Under the pieces are notes generated by a model, which saw only the letters and a list, made by a program, of their open reading frames with translations, was not told where the DNA came from and searched no databases. A DNA stretch of 64,000 bases from Nitrospinaceae bacterium (GTDB lineage: Bacteria; Nitrospinota; Nitrospinia; Nitrospinales; Nitrospinaceae). Made by a program: the position numbers and the translations under genes. Numbering within the stretch: the first letter of the stretch is position 1; each line of letters begins with the position of its first letter. The stretch covers positions 1,824,001 through 1,888,000 of the forward strand of contig OZ250172.1 of NCBI GenBank assembly GCA_965237905.1, in the 5' to 3' direction. Shown here one piece after another: positions 1 through 10,814 of the stretch.

Positions 1-690
1 ATTCAGCGGCGTTTGGATTTCTTTTCTGTTCAAGATTTCATGCGGCGATGTGCTTTCTTTCACCGCCGTCTCGTCGGTCAACTCCAACAGCTCACGGCAT
101 TTGTTGACGCCGGGGCGCAGTGTGTCCAGCAGGGTTTTGGCGGCGGCCCGGCTGTCTGCATCCCAGCGAAACAATATTGAAAACACCCGGAGCGGCAGGT
201 TCAGGCCATGGATCAGGGCGCTCAGACTTTCGGAAAACGTGGCGCACTGGTTGAGATCCGCAAACAGTTTTTTACTGCGCTCCAGATCGAGGAGGGGCAG
301 GTATTGCTTGATAATGTCCGCCTCCGGGATTCCGGCTTCCTTCAGTTTGTGGACGGTCCATCCTTTTTCGATGTCACTGTAGGTCCGATGCCCCCGGTTC
401 TCCAAGAGGTTCTGTTTCAGCATCGCGGCGGGCGCGGGTGCATCTTCGAGTATCAAAGCAGGCACAGTCTCCAGCTTCAGCAGGCGCGCGCACTCGACGC
501 GACGATGACCGCACACGATCTGGTAATGCTTGCCGTGGGGGGCCAGCAGAACCGGATGGGTGATCCCCAGTTCCCTAATGGAATGCACCAGCGTTTCGGG
601 AGGCGGGTCCATGGAGAATTGCGTGAGGCTTTCCTCCCCGATGTCCGTCAACGGAATCCACTGGATTTGATTTTTGGATGTTGCGGTCAT
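1..690 (-). CDS. ParB/Srx N-terminal domain protein (partial, runs off left edge)
   Basis: Manual minus-strand translation from ATG at 690 (not in ORF track): MTATSKNQ...LVHSIRELGITHPVLL...YQIVCGHRRVECARLL...LLENRGHRTYSDIEKG; contains the ParB box GxRR and EN..R motifs. Confidence 0.8.
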   Translation of the reverse strand, partial: MTATSKNQIQWIPLTDIGEESLTQFSMDPPPETLVHSIRELGITHPVLLAPHGKHYQIVCGHRRVECARLLKLETVPALILEDAPAPAAMLKQNLLENRGHRTYSDIEKGWTVHKLKEAGIPEADIIKQYLPLLDLERSKKLFADLNQCATFSESLSALIHGLNLPLRVFSILFRWDADSRAAAKTLLDTLRPGVNKCRELLELTDETAVKESTSPHEILNRKEIQTPLN

Positions 691-749
691 GAGAGTGTAT
701 AGTTCAGGCGTTCAACGCTTTGGTTTTAGACAGGATCAGGGGACATCTT

Positions 750-1634
750 ATGGTCTTTGGAAAAAAAATGCTATTTAGAAAACTGGTCATTATTCTGGGA
801 TGCGCGGTGTTTTTAACCGCCTGCGATCCGCCACCGCCGGAGGGGATGGTGCTGGTGCCTGCCGGGTATTTCCTTATGGGGACGGACGAGTTCGATGACG
901 CAGGTCACGCGCTATCCCTCGGACTCGACAAACCCTGGTACGCCGACGAGTCGCCGCAGAGACGCCTGCACCTGCCCGATTTCTATATCGACAAATATGA
1001 AGTGACCAATCAGCAATATTACATTTTCACGCAGGCGACCGATCACAAGCCGCCGCGGTCCTGGCGCGGGCAGAAATATCCCGAGGGCTGGGAGAACCTG
1101 CCGGTCACCGACGTCACGTTTTTCGATGCCAACGCCTATGCCAAGTGGGCGGGCAAGCGCCTGCCCACAGAGCAGGAATGGGAGAAGGCCGCGCGCGGGC
1201 CCAATGATTTTCGGTATCCGTGGGGCACCGAGTTCGATTTTTCGAAAGCCAACCTCAGCCGGTCGCCGATGGCCAAAAGGGGTCAGGGACTCCAACCCGT
1301 CGGCTCATTTCCGCAGGGGGCCAGTCCGTATGGGGCGGAGGACATGATCGGCAACGTGTGGGAATGGGTGTGGGATTACTACCAGCCGTATCCCGGGAAC
1401 ATCTGGCAGGCCGAACATTATCGGGGCAAACGGGTGGTGGTGCGCGGCATGTCGTTTCTCGGCGTCGGCCATTTTCCAAAGAAGCAATACACCAAAGTGA
1501 TGGCGCTCAAATCGCGTGTCTCCTACCGGCAGAAAATGAAACCCATTGCACACGCCATCGACGTCGGCTTCCGCTGCGCCCAGGACAAACCCAGCCTGTA
1601 TCAACGGTGGTTCGAGAAAAAAGAAGGTAAGTGA
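750..1634 (+). CDS. Formylglycine-generating enzyme (SUMF1/FGE-sulfatase) family lipoprotein
   Basis: Motifs IDKYEVTN, RLPTEQEWEKAARG, DMIGNVWEW, GFRC; lipobox LTAC; start at 750 or 768 is uncertain. Confidence 0.85.
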   Translation: MVFGKKMLFRKLVIILGCAVFLTACDPPPPEGMVLVPAGYFLMGTDEFDDAGHALSLGLDKPWYADESPQRRLHLPDFYIDKYEVTNQQYYIFTQATDHKPPRSWRGQKYPEGWENLPVTDVTFFDANAYAKWAGKRLPTEQEWEKAARGPNDFRYPWGTEFDFSKANLSRSPMAKRGQGLQPVGSFPQGASPYGAEDMIGNVWEWVWDYYQPYPGNIWQAEHYRGKRVVVRGMSFLGVGHFPKKQYTKVMALKSRVSYRQKMKPIAHAIDVGFRCAQDKPSLYQRWFEKKEGK

Positions 1635-1680
1635 ATTTGTTCTCGAGCGCTACGGGGTCCAGCGTCACGCAGGTGGAAGG

Positions 1681-2760
1681 TTATTTCCCTGTCAGTTTCA
1701 CTAGGTCAGGATGGAAATAGAAATGATTTTTCCCCATCCAGAAGTCCTTGAGCAATTGGGCATCTCTGAGTTCGGCCAAATGCCGGCTTGCGGTTTGATG
1801 ATGGATGCCTAGCGCACGCCCAAATTTAGCAGGATTCGTTACCAGATTGGAAAATAGGTGGTTCGTGACTTCCTCCGCTTTCATTTTGCTGTGGTTGTCT
1901 CTAATGGCTTTTTTTAGTTCCTTGTAGACGAGCATCATCTCAAGCAGTTTATGTTCTGTCTTAAGGGCTTGGAGTTCAAAACCCTCCAACATAAATAATA
2001 TAAAATGTTCCCAATTCCTGTTGCGGGTGACATCCAGTAAATTCTTATAATAATCTGAGCGGCGTTTGTTTAAAAATCCGCTGATGTAAAGTACGGGATG
2101 CTCTAGAAGCCCTTCTTGAACCAGTTGCAATACCAGAAGGATTCGGCCGGTTCTGCCGTTGCCATCCATGAAGGGGTGAATGGCTTCAAACTGATAGTGG
2201 GCCAGCGCGCACCGGATGAGAGGGTCAAGGGGAGGGGTCGCGTCTGTTGCGTTCACAAAGTTTTCCCAATTCTGTAACAGCTGGTTGATTTCTGTTGCTG
2301 GAGGGGGTGTATAAATGACTTCCTCTGTCCTTTGGTTCATGATGGCGTTCTGTTGTTTCCGGTAACCCGACGAACTGGGAATCAGTTTTTTGTGGATACC
2401 CTGGATCAACCGTGTAGATATGGAGTATTGCTTAAGGTTTGCCATCCCCCAATACATAGCTTCCCGGTATCTCAAAACTTCCTTATCGGGACCTTTGACC
2501 TCCGATTCTGGCAAAACCTGACCTTCCAAAACACTTTCCACCGTCGTGACAATGTCTTCGATACGGGAACTCTCCACAGATTCCTTGGTCATTGCCAATG
2601 ACATTAAAAGCATCGGATTGGGAACACTGGCGCAATATCCATTTAATTCTCCAGTTTGCCGACTTGCTTTAACCAAAGCTTTGAGGATGGAAGCGGTTTC
2701 AAGGTCCTCCCTGGGGGGCAGAGGGGGTACTTCAAAAGGTTCAGCTGAATTGTAGGGCAT
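1681..2760 (-). CDS. Fic family protein (class II-like, with C-terminal wHTH)
   Basis: Fic motif HPFMDGNGRTGR; N-terminal SSRIED inhibitory-helix-like motif; C-terminal HQTASRHLAEL HTH. Confidence 0.9.
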   Translation of the reverse strand: MPYNSAEPFEVPPLPPREDLETASILKALVKASRQTGELNGYCASVPNPMLLMSLAMTKESVESSRIEDIVTTVESVLEGQVLPESEVKGPDKEVLRYREAMYWGMANLKQYSISTRLIQGIHKKLIPSSSGYRKQQNAIMNQRTEEVIYTPPPATEINQLLQNWENFVNATDATPPLDPLIRCALAHYQFEAIHPFMDGNGRTGRILLVLQLVQEGLLEHPVLYISGFLNKRRSDYYKNLLDVTRNRNWEHFILFMLEGFELQALKTEHKLLEMMLVYKELKKAIRDNHSKMKAEEVTNHLFSNLVTNPAKFGRALGIHHQTASRHLAELRDAQLLKDFWMGKNHFYFHPDLVKLTGK

Positions 2761-2859
2761 ATGATTACCTGAATGGAAAATTGCGATATTTGAAATTAAT
2801 ATATCGAAAAATATTAGATTTATCTACATATATATATTATATATCGAAAAAATTGATAA

Positions 2860-2890
2860 ATTTCACTATATAATTGCGGTATAGTGAAAT
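2860..2890. promoter_or_regulatory. Perfect 11-bp inverted repeat upstream of fic (possible operator or terminator)
   Basis: atttcactata-N9-tatagtgaaat in an AT-rich intergenic region. Confidence 0.45.
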
Positions 2891-3003
2891 AAGGGCGTAA
2901 TTTGTAAACACAATATAACTATCTAATTTTAAAGGGGTATATCATTTAAGAGGAAAGGATTTCCCCAGCAAGCCGGGCTAGGCGGGGAATAAATGCAGGA
3001 AAT

Positions 3004-4164
3004 TCATTTTCCTGTGATTTTGTAGACCACGCCGAGGGAATCGTCGGACAGGTAGAGGTCGCCTGCGGGTGACAGTTGCACATCCACCGGGCGGCCCTGT
3101 TTACTGCCGTCGGGCAATAGCCAGCCGGTGATGAAGTCTTCGTGCGACTGGATTTCGCCTTTGCCGTTGAGGACGACGCGCACGACTTTGTACCCGGCGG
3201 GGACGGAGCGGTTCCACGATCCGTGAAAGGAAATGAACAGGCTATTATTGTATTTTTCAGGAAGGTTGCCCTTCTGATAAAACTCGAGGCCGAGGGGTGC
3301 CTGGTGAGCGGTGAAGGTATAAGCCGGAGGCTCGGTTTTGGTGCAGTCGTACTGGCCGCCGAAATCGGGGTCCGGGGTCCGGTTTTCCCAGCAGTACGGC
3401 CAGCCGTAATGTTTGCCCTGCTTGATGATATTGAGTTCTTCCCTGGGATGATCGTCCCCCAGCCAGTCGCGGCCGTTGTTGACGCCCCACAAATCGCCGG
3501 AATAAGGTGAGAACTCGATGCCCACCGAGTTGCGCAGTCCCGCCGCGAACAATTTTCCATTCTTACCATCAAGATCGTATTGCCAGACAGCGGCGCGAAG
3601 CGGGGTGTCCTCGAGGCACACATTGCAAGACGAGCCGATTGAGACGTACATCTTCTTGCTCTTTATTTTAATGGTGCGTGTGGAATGGCCGCCGCTGGGG
3701 ATGCCCCGAACCAGCACCTCGGGTTTTCCGTAAGTGAAGGGCTTGGCGGTGCGTTTGAGGCGGACCACCTGATCCTCCTCCGCCACGTACAGGTAGTAAC
3801 CGGAATCCAGTTGCGCGAACGCCAGGCCGTGCGGCACGTCGCGGTTATCGAGTATGGGAATGACGGCATCGGCTATGCCGTCTTGATTGTCATCGGGCAG
3901 GGCGACCACTGCGCCGTCGCGTGCCCGGCTCAGGAACAGGATGCCCTGATCGTCGAACGCCATGTGCCGGGCCTTGGGGACCTTGTCGGCGAACACGGTG
4001 AGGCGGACACCGTCCGGGACATTCAACTTCAAATCAGACGCATTCCCCGCCCAGCCGCAACCGGGCGCGATAAAAAGCATCCAAATCAACCAGACGCCCA
4101 CACCCCTTCGGGTGCGGACCGGGATGCTTCGGAAACTGGAATTTTGCAGGCGCTCAAGGTTCAT
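3004..4164 (-). CDS. PQQ-dependent sugar/sorbosone dehydrogenase family protein (exported)
   Basis: Motifs GGHSTR, SIGSSCNVC, GLRNSVG, YGWPYC, HGSWNRS, GRPVDV; GGAGG RBS before ATG 4164. Confidence 0.85.
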   Translation of the reverse strand: MNLERLQNSSFRSIPVRTRRGVGVWLIWMLFIAPGCGWAGNASDLKLNVPDGVRLTVFADKVPKARHMAFDDQGILFLSRARDGAVVALPDDNQDGIADAVIPILDNRDVPHGLAFAQLDSGYYLYVAEEDQVVRLKRTAKPFTYGKPEVLVRGIPSGGHSTRTIKIKSKKMYVSIGSSCNVCLEDTPLRAAVWQYDLDGKNGKLFAAGLRNSVGIEFSPYSGDLWGVNNGRDWLGDDHPREELNIIKQGKHYGWPYCWENRTPDPDFGGQYDCTKTEPPAYTFTAHQAPLGLEFYQKGNLPEKYNNSLFISFHGSWNRSVPAGYKVVRVVLNGKGEIQSHEDFITGWLLPDGSKQGRPVDVQLSPAGDLYLSDDSLGVVYKITGK

Positions 4165-4355
4165 AGTGAATCCTCCCCGGTTTCGTGTTATTTCTTGAAG
4201 ATGCGGAGATGCATTCCCCCCGCATATTTTATATAATAGATGGCATGACGCGAGAATAATATTCCTACCCACATGCTCCTTACCCGTAAATCGTTGAATC
4301 CAAAGGTAAGAAAGCCCTCGTCGGCGGTGCGGTCGCGGGCCTGAATTGAAACCAG

Positions 4356-7300
4356 ATGAACTTTGAAGACGCTTTAAAAAATCATATTCTTATTTTGGAC
4401 GGCGCCATGGGCACCATGGTGCAGGCGCTGGACGTGACCGACGCCACCTTCGGCGGGTCGCTGTTCCGCATGCTGACGGATTTGCTCGTGTTCGCCCGGC
4501 CGGATGAATTGGAGGATATCCATTTTCAGTATCTGCAGGCGGGCGCGAACATTATCGAGACCAACACCTTCGGCGCGTCGCCTTTGCGCCTCAAGGAATT
4601 CGACTGGGCGAAGATCGACACCTCGGACATGCACACGGTTCCCGAAGGATTGACGCTGATGGGCGGCCACCTGGAAACCATCGCCCATCATCTGAACGTC
4701 GAAGGCTGTCGCCTGGCACGCAAGGCGGTGGAGCGTTACAAAAGCCTGCCGGAGTATGATGGGCGTCCCTTGTTCGTCGCCGGGTCCATCGGTCCGTCCA
4801 ACAATGTGTTGTCGAGCACTCAGGCCAATTTGCAGAAGACAACCTTCGATGTGATCGTCGACAACAACCGGGTGCAGGTGGAAGGGTTGATCGACGGCGG
4901 GGCGGACGTATTGTTGTTCGAAACCCAGCAGGACATTCTGGAACTCAAGGCCTCGATCATCGGCGCCAACCGTGCCTTCGATAAAAAAGGCAAGCGCTTG
5001 CCGATCATCGCGCAGGTAACGGTCGACACCTTCTCCAAAATGCAGATTTTCAATACCGATATTCACGCGGCGTATACCGCCGTCGCGGGCATGGGCATCA
5101 GCGTGTTCGGCATCAACTGCAACGTCGGTCCGGCGGAAATGGCAACCACGGTGAAGCATCTCAGCCATTTCTGCAAGCATCCCATATCGATCGTGCCCAA
5201 CGCCGGTCAGCCCGTCTCCGAAGACGGCGTTACCTGTTACAAGCTGGAGCCGGAAGCGATGGGCGAGATCATGGAGCCGTTCGTTAAAGAGTACGGCGTG
5301 TCCATCATAGGCGGTTGTTGCGGCACGCGGCCGGATCATATCCGGGTTCTGCGCGACAAGTTCAAGGACGCTAAACCTCTCCAGCGGGAAACCGATCCAC
5401 ATGTTTACATCTCCGGACCGCAGGAGGTCGCGGCGTTGGACAGTTCCGAGGGACTGGTCCGCATCGGCGAAATGCTCAATGTGCGCGGCAGTAAAAAAGT
5501 ACGCGACGCAGTGGAGACCGAGGACGGCGTGCGGATGGAGGTGCTGGAGGAAGTAGCGCATGCACAGGTCGACGATCTCGGCATTGAAGTCATCGACGTG
5601 TGCCTGGACAGCAATATCGTCGAGACTGAGAAAGTTCTGCCGGAAGTGATTCACGGCGTGACCAGCGATTTCAAAGGCGCGATGTGTATCGACTCGTTTT
5701 CGGTGGAGGCCCTGGAGAAGGGGCTGGAAGTTTACCCCGGACGGCCGATCGTCAATTCCATCAGCCTGGAAGAATACGCGCCCGGCGTGAGCAAGCTCGA
5801 TGCGGTGTTGAAGATGAGCCACGAACATCACCCGATTTACATCGCGCTGGTGAACGGACCGGAGGGTCCTGCCATCACCGCCGATGAAAAATACAATCTG
5901 GCGGCGGAGATCGTCAAACAGGCGGGAGAGAAATACGGGGTGACGCCCGATCAGATTTTGATCGACATCAACGCTTATCCCATCGGCAGTGAGTCGCAGG
6001 AAGGGATGAATTTCAGCAAAGAAGCGTTGGACAGTCTGCCGCGCATCAAGGCGATTCATCCGGATTTGAAAACCAGCATCGGCGTCGGCAACCTGACGGC
6101 GGGCCTCGGGCAGAAGCCATACATGCGGAAGGTGCTGACCAGTGTGTTCCTCGACGAGGCGCGGCAGAGAGGGCTGGACTGCGCCATTCTCAATCCCAAC
6201 CATTATGTTCCGGTGGAAAGCCTGCCGCCGGAGGATGTGGATTTGGGCCGCAAGATCATCCTCGATCACGACATGGATGCGTTCGAACGCCTCGAAGCGG
6301 TGGCGGTCAAAAAGAAAACCGGCGCCGTCGCCAAAAAACACAACTACGCCGACCTGTCGCTGGAAGAAAGCATCTGCCTCAAGATCATGGACGGTTACAA
6401 GGAGAAGACCGTCGGGACGCTGGAGAGAGACGGCTGGACCTATGAATACAAGGACCAGATCGTCCTGCAAGCCGCCGAGGCCCTGGACAAACACGAGCCG
6501 TTGGATTTCATCAGCAATTACTTGATGAAGTCCATGCGGGAGTTGGGCGATGGATTCGGACGCGGCGAAGTGAGCCTGCCGCATCTGCTCAAAAGCGCAG
6601 ACGTCATGCGCAACGTCATGGGGTTTCTGGAGGCGTGGATGCGCCACACCAGCGGCGTCGAGCCGGGCGCGGCCATCGACTACAAGGGCGTGGTGGTTAT
6701 CGGCACCGTCTATCAGGACGTGCACAGTATTGGCAAAGATCTCGCCAAAACACTGCTTGATAATTACGGGTACCGGACCATCGACCTCGGCGTGCAGGTG
6801 CCTCTGGAAAAATTTATCGAAACCGCCCGGGCGGAAAACGCCGATGCCATCGGCCTGAGCGCTCTGTTGGTGCAGACCTCGAATCATATGATCACCATCG
6901 CGCGCATGCTGAAGGAAGAGGACTACAGTATTCCTGTATTGATCGGCGGCGCACCCGTCAACGACCGTCACGCCGGGTATGTGGCGATGTTCGGGCAGGA
7001 CGACACCGGGCACATTTTATCCAACGTATTTTACTGCGAAAGCGGCATGGACGGCGTCAACACCATGAACGCGTTGATGGACCGTGGTCAACTGGAGGAA
7101 TTGCTGTCCGCCAACCGGGAAAAACTGAAGCGCAATTACGAACGTGCCAAGGGGATGGCGGAGAACAAGGAAAAACTGTTGGCGACCCTGGACCGCCGCA
7201 AGGTGAGTTTCAAAAAACACGAGGTGATGCAAAACGGTTACGGCGTTCACAAGGTGGAATTCAAGCTGGACAAGCTGAAGAACATGATCGATTCCAAAAG

Positions 7301-7982
7301 CCTGTTTTCCCTGAACTGGAAATTCGGAAAGCAGTCTTCGTGGAAAAAGAAAGGCATTACCTCAGAGCACTTGAAAAAGTTGCGGGAGGAATGGTTGAAG
7401 AAGGCCGATGCCCAACACTGGATCACTCCCAAGGCCCGGTTTGCGCTCTTGCCGGCGCAGTCGGAGGGGGACGAACTGATTATTTATAACCCGGAGAATC
7501 TTGAACAGGAGCTGGGCCGTATCCGGTGGACTGCGGTAGTTGGCAAAGGCAAAAACGGGACCAAGGACGTATTTTCCGTCGCGCAGTATTTTCATCCCAA
7601 AGCCTCCGGGATCATGGACGTTGTGGGCCTGCAGATCACCACGGCGGGCCGCAATATGGAGGAAGTGATTGCCGGGTTCAAGACCGAACATGACTCCGAG
7701 TCGGCTCTGTATCTGCAGGGGCTGGGTGATCGGGTGGCGGAGGATTTCGCCGAATATATCCACGGATTGATGGGTCAACGCACCGGCCGGAAAAAAGATC
7801 AATTGGGTCAGCGATACAGTCCGGGCTATCCCGCGCTGGTGGATTTGGCTAATAACAGAGTGATTTACGATCTATTGAAATCCGAGGACTTGGGGATTAC
7901 TTTGACCTCCGGCAACGAGTTCGATCCGCCCAGCACCACGGCGGCGGTGGTGTGTTTTCACCCGGACGCAGGCTATTTTTAA
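4356..7982 (+). CDS. metH: Cobalamin-dependent methionine synthase
   Basis: DGAMGT, Zn ligands GINC and GGCCGT, pterin-binding domain, DVHSIGK cobalamin motif, RYSPGYP activation domain. Confidence 0.92.
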   Translation: MNFEDALKNHILILDGAMGTMVQALDVTDATFGGSLFRMLTDLLVFARPDELEDIHFQYLQAGANIIETNTFGASPLRLKEFDWAKIDTSDMHTVPEGLTLMGGHLETIAHHLNVEGCRLARKAVERYKSLPEYDGRPLFVAGSIGPSNNVLSSTQANLQKTTFDVIVDNNRVQVEGLIDGGADVLLFETQQDILELKASIIGANRAFDKKGKRLPIIAQVTVDTFSKMQIFNTDIHAAYTAVAGMGISVFGINCNVGPAEMATTVKHLSHFCKHPISIVPNAGQPVSEDGVTCYKLEPEAMGEIMEPFVKEYGVSIIGGCCGTRPDHIRVLRDKFKDAKPLQRETDPHVYISGPQEVAALDSSEGLVRIGEMLNVRGSKKVRDAVETEDGVRMEVLEEVAHAQVDDLGIEVIDVCLDSNIVETEKVLPEVIHGVTSDFKGAMCIDSFSVEALEKGLEVYPGRPIVNSISLEEYAPGVSKLDAVLKMSHEHHPIYIALVNGPEGPAITADEKYNLAAEIVKQAGEKYGVTPDQILIDINAYPIGSESQEGMNFSKEALDSLPRIKAIHPDLKTSIGVGNLTAGLGQKPYMRKVLTSVFLDEARQRGLDCAILNPNHYVPVESLPPEDVDLGRKIILDHDMDAFERLEAVAVKKKTGAVAKKHNYADLSLEESICLKIMDGYKEKTVGTLERDGWTYEYKDQIVLQAAEALDKHEPLDFISNYLMKSMRELGDGFGRGEVSLPHLLKSADVMRNVMGFLEAWMRHTSGVEPGAAIDYKGVVVIGTVYQDVHSIGKDLAKTLLDNYGYRTIDLGVQVPLEKFIETARAENADAIGLSALLVQTSNHMITIARMLKEEDYSIPVLIGGAPVNDRHAGYVAMFGQDDTGHILSNVFYCESGMDGVNTMNALMDRGQLEELLSANREKLKRNYERAKGMAENKEKLLATLDRRKVSFKKHEVMQNGYGVHKVEFKLDKLKNMIDSKSLFSLNWKFGKQSSWKKKGITSEHLKKLREEWLKKADAQHWITPKARFALLPAQSEGDELIIYNPENLEQELGRIRWTAVVGKGKNGTKDVFSVAQYFHPKASGIMDVVGLQITTAGRNMEEVIAGFKTEHDSESALYLQGLGDRVAEDFAEYIHGLMGQRTGRKKDQLGQRYSPGYPALVDLANNRVIYDLLKSEDLGITLTSGNEFDPPSTTAAVVCFHPDAGYF

Positions 7983-8176
7983 GCGAGGTTTTTTCAATTA
8001 AAAAATAAAAGTGGATTTTGCGTGTCAAAACTCGTTACCCTGATAATACCAAGCAAAACAGATGCTTAACGAGCCTCTGATATTAACGCCTATCAGGGCA
8101 AATTTTATTTTTTCGGATGGTATTGGAGTTTATAAAACAAGCAGTTGTTGTCGAGCTAAACCGTTCAAATAAAGGC

Positions 8177-8204
8177 TTGTAATATAGGTTCTGTTTGCTA
8201 GAAT
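8177..8204 (+). promoter_or_regulatory. Putative sigma70-type promoter upstream of clpC
   Basis: TTGTAA-N16-TAGAAT with extended -10 TG. Confidence 0.35.
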
Positions 8205-8326
8205 GATTAGTTGTGGAACCAGATTATATTTTGAACTTTTCGCCTCCCTGTGCTCGTAAGGCGCGGAGTTCATTGAAACAACAGGTTAGTCACCTTCTAT
8301 GCACCCTCTTATCGAAAGTTTAAATC

Positions 8327-10756
8327 ATGTTTAAGCGATTCACTGAAAGAGCGAGACGAGTTATTATCCTGGCGCGCGAAGAAGCAGAGCTTTACCGACA
8401 TGAGTACTTGGGCACCGAGCATATTCTGCAAGGGGTCATTAAAGATGGAGGGGGTATCGCGATTGCGCTTCTCCAGAAGTCCGGCGCTGACCTAAGTCAG
8501 ATCAAAGCCGAGCTTGAAAAGAACCTTCCCCGGAGTTCCAATTCCCTGGTGATCGGCGACATTCCCTTTACGTCGCGTGCTAAAAAGGTTCTGGAGTTTG
8601 CCGTAGAAGAAGCGCGTTCCCTGAATCATAACTACATCGGCACTGAGCATCTTCTCTTGGGTTTACTCAAGGAGAAGGAAGGCGTGGCGTGCCGGGTATT
8701 GAATAGTTTTGGAACTTATTTTGACGACGTCAAAGAGAAGCTCGTTGACATGTTCAAGGAGCCGACCGAATCGACACGTGAAACGGGCAAAACGCCGACG
8801 CTGGATGAATTCAGCCGTGACCTGACGGCGATGGCGGTGGCCGGCAAGCTGGATCCCATCATCGGCCGGAGCAAGGAAATCGAGCGGGTCATTCAGATTC
8901 TCAGCCGGCGGACGAAAAACAATCCGGTATTGATCGGCGAGCCTGGTGTGGGTAAAACCGCGATCGTTGAAGGCTTGGCCCAGTTGATCATCGAACGCGA
9001 AGTTCCCGACACACTGTTTGAAAAGCGGGTGGTTTCCCTCGATCTCGGATCATTGATCGCCGGGACCAAGTACCGCGGTCAGTTTGAAGCCCGTTTGAAG
9101 GGCATCATGAAAGAAATCATTCAGAATGAGAGCGTTATTCTGTTTATAGACGAATTGCATACGCTGGTTGGCGCGGGCGCGGCGGAAGGTTCCGTGGACG
9201 CTTCGAACATGCTGAAACCGGCATTGTCACGCGGTGAAATCCAGTGTATCGGTGCAACGACGTTGGAAGAATATCGTAAATACATTGAGAAGAACGGTGC
9301 GCTCGAAAGGCGGTTCCAGCCGGTTCTCGTCAACCCGCCGACGGTTGAAGAGACTATCGAAATTATTCGCGGATTGAAAGTACCTTACGAAGTGCACCAC
9401 AAAGCGAAAATCAGTGACGAGGCAATTATTACGGCTGTCCGGTTTGCCGACCGTTACATCAACGACCGGTTCCTGCCGGACAAGGCGATCGACGTGATCG
9501 ACGAAGCAGGTTCCCGCGTACGGTTACGAAAGTCTTCGCAGTCTCCTGAAATGAAGGAGATTCAGCGCGAAATCGATGCGTTGGTCCGCGAGAAGAAGAT
9601 CCGTATCGAAAATCAGGAGTTCGAAAAAGCGGTGGAGTTGCGCGACAACGAAGAAGAGTTGCGCTCTAAACTGGAAGGCGAAAAGGAAAAGTGGGATCAG
9701 GAAAACTCCATCAACGAACCGAGCGTCACCGAAGAGGATATCGCCGAGGTGGTATCCAGCATGACGGGGATTCCTCTGAACCGGATCGAAGAGAAAGAGT
9801 CTGCCCGCCTGCTCAATATGGCTGATGAATTGGGTCAGAAGATTGTCGGGCAGAAAGAGGCTGTGGAAGCGATCTCCAAGGCGATCCGCCGTTCCCGGTC
9901 CGGACTCAAGGATATGCGCCGTCCCATTGGGACCTTTATGTTCATGGGTCCGACAGGTGTCGGTAAAACCGAGTTGGCTGGAGCGCTGGCGGAATTCCTG
10001 TTTGGTCATCGCGATGCGCTGATCCGGCTGGATATGTCCGAATATATGGAAAAATTCAATGTTTCCCGGTTGACCGGAGCGCCTCCCGGCTATGTTGGGT
10101 ATGAAGAGGGCGGCCAGTTGACGGAAAAAGTGCGCCGCAAGCCGTACTCGGTGGTGCTGTTCGACGAAATTGAAAAGGCCAATCCCGATGTGTTCCATCT
10201 GTTGTTGCAGATCATGGACGATGGGCGCCTTACGGACAGCTATGGACGGAACATCGATTTCAAAAATACGGTGATCATCCTGACTTCCAATATCAGTTCC
10301 AAAGCGTTGGACAAGGGATCGTTGGGTTTCCACGACAACGACGCAGACATGAGTTTTGATAAAATGGAGAAGGATCTCAAGCAGGATCTCAGGAAATCCT
10401 TTAATCCGGAGTTTTTGAATCGGTTGAGCGAAATGATTGTGTTCAAGCCGTTGACGCTGGAGAACGTCACTGAAATTCTCGATATCCAGCTCAATCAACT
10501 CAACGAACAGTTGATTCAGCAAGGATTAACCCTGGATATGACGGATGAGGCCAAGAAGTGGCTGGCCGAAAAGGGGTACGACAAGAATTTCGGCGCCCGG
10601 CCGTTGAGACGAGCCATTCAGAAGCATCTGGAGGATGTTTTGTCCGATGAAATGCTGAAAGGCCGGTTCAAATCCGCTGGGGTAATTGAGGTCGGTTTGG
10701 TAGGCGAGGACCTCGTGTTTACGGAGAAATCCGGGGCGCTCAATCCAGTTCCCTAA
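8327..10756 (+). CDS. clpC: ATP-dependent Clp protease ATP-binding subunit ClpC
   Basis: Clp N repeats, Walker A GEPGVGKT and [11 protein letters not shown]-type middle domain, LGF ClpP-binding loop. Confidence 0.95.
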   Translation: MFKRFTERARRVIILAREEAELYRHEYLGTEHILQGVIKDGGGIAIALLQKSGADLSQIKAELEKNLPRSSNSLVIGDIPFTSRAKKVLEFAVEEARSLNHNYIGTEHLLLGLLKEKEGVACRVLNSFGTYFDDVKEKLVDMFKEPTESTRETGKTPTLDEFSRDLTAMAVAGKLDPIIGRSKEIERVIQILSRRTKNNPVLIGEPGVGKTAIVEGLAQLIIEREVPDTLFEKRVVSLDLGSLIAGTKYRGQFEARLKGIMKEIIQNESVILFIDELHTLVGAGAAEGSVDASNMLKPALSRGEIQCIGATTLEEYRKYIEKNGALERRFQPVLVNPPTVEETIEIIRGLKVPYEVHHKAKISDEAIITAVRFADRYINDRFLPDKAIDVIDEAGSRVRLRKSSQSPEMKEIQREIDALVREKKIRIENQEFEKAVELRDNEEELRSKLEGEKEKWDQENSINEPSVTEEDIAEVVSSMTGIPLNRIEEKESARLLNMADELGQKIVGQKEAVEAISKAIRRSRSGLKDMRRPIGTFMFMGPTGVGKTELAGALAEFLFGHRDALIRLDMSEYMEKFNVSRLTGAPPGYVGYEEGGQLTEKVRRKPYSVVLFDEIEKANPDVFHLLLQIMDDGRLTDSYGRNIDFKNTVIILTSNISSKALDKGSLGFHDNDADMSFDKMEKDLKQDLRKSFNPEFLNRLSEMIVFKPLTLENVTEILDIQLNQLNEQLIQQGLTLDMTDEAKKWLAEKGYDKNFGARPLRRAIQKHLEDVLSDEMLKGRFKSAGVIEVGLVGEDLVFTEKSGALNPVP

Positions 10757-10814
10757 AGGCAAGGTTTTCCGGGTCATTCTTTAGTTATTTCCATTCGAAA
10801 AAGTATTAAGTTTT

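Noticed and set aside
50..702. Plus-strand ORFs 50-382 and 208-702
   Set aside because: They overlap the ParB-like gene on the minus strand, which has clear motifs
4165..4355. Cobalamin, SAM or SAH riboswitch upstream of metH
   Set aside because: No recognisable conserved riboswitch core by eye; an Rfam/Infernal scan would be needed to exclude one
4374..7013. 879-aa minus-strand ORF and other long antisense ORFs (e.g. 9524-10522, 25866-26627, 32038-32925, 34299-35168, 60470-61255)
   Set aside because: They are antisense shadows of well-supported genes, caused by codon bias, and carry no recognisable motifs
7983..8326. CtsR or CIRCE heat-shock operator upstream of clpC
   Set aside because: Only a single gtcaaa half-site and no CIRCE inverted repeat
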